Of a DNA stretch of 64,000 nt, positions 62,197 to 64,000 are shown piece by piece. The notes beneath the pieces were generated by a model that was not told where the DNA came from, did not search any database, and was given only the letters and a program-made list of their open reading frames with translations. Position numbers and translations under genes: made by a program. Each line of letters begins with the position of its first letter. Within the stretch, counting starts at the first letter, position 1. The DNA is from Tubulanus polymorphus (Eukaryota > Animalia > Nemertea), in NCBI RefSeq assembly GCF_964204645.1, contig NC_134036.1, forward strand, positions 3,534,001 through 3,598,000. Direction: 5' to 3'.

Positions 62197-64000
62197 ACGC
62201 CGAGTTTAGAGCGCGAAATTATATTTACGAACGAATAGGCTGTCGAACGATTTGAGAAGAATGATTCGTTACTACGCGATTAAAAACTGAGTGATTTTAG
62301 TAAATTTGTTTCATATATTCCGTACGTATTTCTCTCTTTTTCTCTGTACATTCGACGAACGATCGAATTTCGAAACGCGCGAAAATACGTCGCTTTTTTT
62401 TTCAGCGTAAATATCGTTCGCGTTGAGAAATTTATCGCGAACGCGTTCCGGCGCGATTTTCTCTTTAGGCAGGTTTCGATTGCGACCGTATTCCGATTTG
62501 CGAATAGCTATTCCGGATTAAGAACTCTCTATCGGCCGCTTCTATCAGGTTTACGCAGATTACGCTTATCCGGAATAGGAAGAGCGTGTTCTGTTTGAAA
62601 GAAGATAATTCAGGAATCGGTAGAGACTAATGGAAACCCGCCTGAGACTTTCTAAAAGACGGTCGCTGAAAATCGTATTTTTCGTGGGAACTGTGAATGT
62701 CGAATTTCACGATAATCCAGATTAAGCGTCGATGATGATGATGATATCGACGATATATACTTTTTTACTCGCTTTGCCCGGCGTGCTTCGGTCATTACAC
62801 TTCAAGAACTTAAATACATGTAGTTATATTAGATAGATAGAACATTGACAACTTGTTCGAAGAACTATTAACGTTTAAGCTTGTGTGCGCGCGTGTGAAT
62901 TGCTTAAAATCGAAACCTCGAAAGATTATTTAAAGTAAGAAGATTAAGAAATGAGCGCGCGCGACCGACTCTAGTCAAAACTGGTTAAAAGCTTGCCCCT
63001 CATGTGAAAGCCTTGGTGGTTTATAACCATCGGATCTAAGTGTGTCTTCCTTCGCCTGGATTTGATGGCATCACAAGACTGTCAGTAGATGTATGAAACC
63101 TGCCATTCCCCAGGGCCCAGTAACACAGTCGTCACTTCAGTCGAAAAGTCGTCTTAGATATCAAGATTGGCTTTTTAGAACTAAGTTAGTATTAGACTCG
63201 TCTTAAATCTTAGCTATGACTGTGCAACTGGCCCCTGGCCTAGTTGTGCCGGCTTCGATTTAAGATCAGTCTTTGGCTATTTAATTGGAATGGCCTTATT
63301 TCCATTTTATTTCTATAGCCAATCTAAGAACTCGAGATCAGTCTTAAGATTGGGCTTAAACACTACTTTTGGACGTGCAATCGGGCCCTGGAGCCATTTT
63401 CATATTTTGCTAGATTTGATTCAAGAGATTGGCTTTTTGAAAATAACTAGTTTAACTCTCAGATCAAATCCAACCCAGATCTCTAAGTCTATTTAACCGG
63501 GTCCCAGTTTCACAGCTGTGAGTCATGAGTCATGGGCCAGTTGCATAGCTGTAACTCAAGTCCACAAGTGGTCTTGGATCTTAAGACAAGTTTTAGGTTT
63601 TTTAGATTGGCTATGTAGAGCTGAGTTGGTCTTGGGCTGGGCTCTAAAGCCATTACTGCGGGATTTGTGTCGGGGTTTCATGTTGTGGCAAGGTCTCTCG
63701 AACGCTATCAGGTTCCTGTCTGTATTGAGGGAGTATGGATTGGTGCACCATCAGTACTGAACGGACATTAAAGACTTAAATGATAATAGTAATTATAATT
63801 AGTATTACAGTAAGATTGTATGTGGGTTTCTGTCGGGGCTCGTAAAAAAAATCGTTCCTCATAGTGAAATAATGACGACGGAAGCAATGATGACATGTAG
63901 TAATAATAGAGATTCTAAGTTCAAATATTTAAAGAGAATTAAAATATGTTTAAAATGCTATCGATAATGAAAAAAAAAGAATTGTCTCTTTCATTCGGGG

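Noticed and set aside
61567-62255. ORFs 61567-62097 (-) and 61845-62255 (+)
   Set aside because: Shadows produced by the strong codon bias of ARL8.

Overview
This is eukaryotic genomic DNA from an animal, probably an invertebrate bilaterian. The clues are short GT-AG introns, CpG-rich exons and AAUUGCAC-type miR-92 arms; the species cannot be determined from sequence alone. Protein-coding content: (1) a Golgi alpha-mannosidase II gene (+, 22 coding exons traced over 6645-16868; the membrane-anchor exon was not found and probably lies upstream; one GC-AG intron); (2) a type-II coronin gene (-, core CDS 46333-33522) with a large alternative low-complexity exon and several candidate alternative first exons out to about 58.5 kb; (3) a two-exon permuted papain-fold (PPPDE/LRAT-like) gene nested antisense in the coronin 5' intron region; (4) an intronless ARL8 gene. 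The main find is the roughly 10.5 kb gap between mannosidase and coronin, which is not empty. On the minus strand it carries five miR-92 hairpins, a clear SNORD38/snR61 homologue, two tandem paralogues of another C/D snoRNA and a weaker fourth C/D candidate. Splice sites, promoter-like motifs and poly(A) signals suggest a mixed miRNA/snoRNA non-coding host transcript. Also present: a perfect inverted repeat (105-bp arms) carrying a Penelope-type hammerhead core in a mannosidase intron, a 60-bp hairpin-bearing satellite, and several MITE-like families, one nested in another with a TTA target duplication. All exon and ncRNA calls were made by eye, and family assignments rest on remembered reference sequences, so they need database confirmation.
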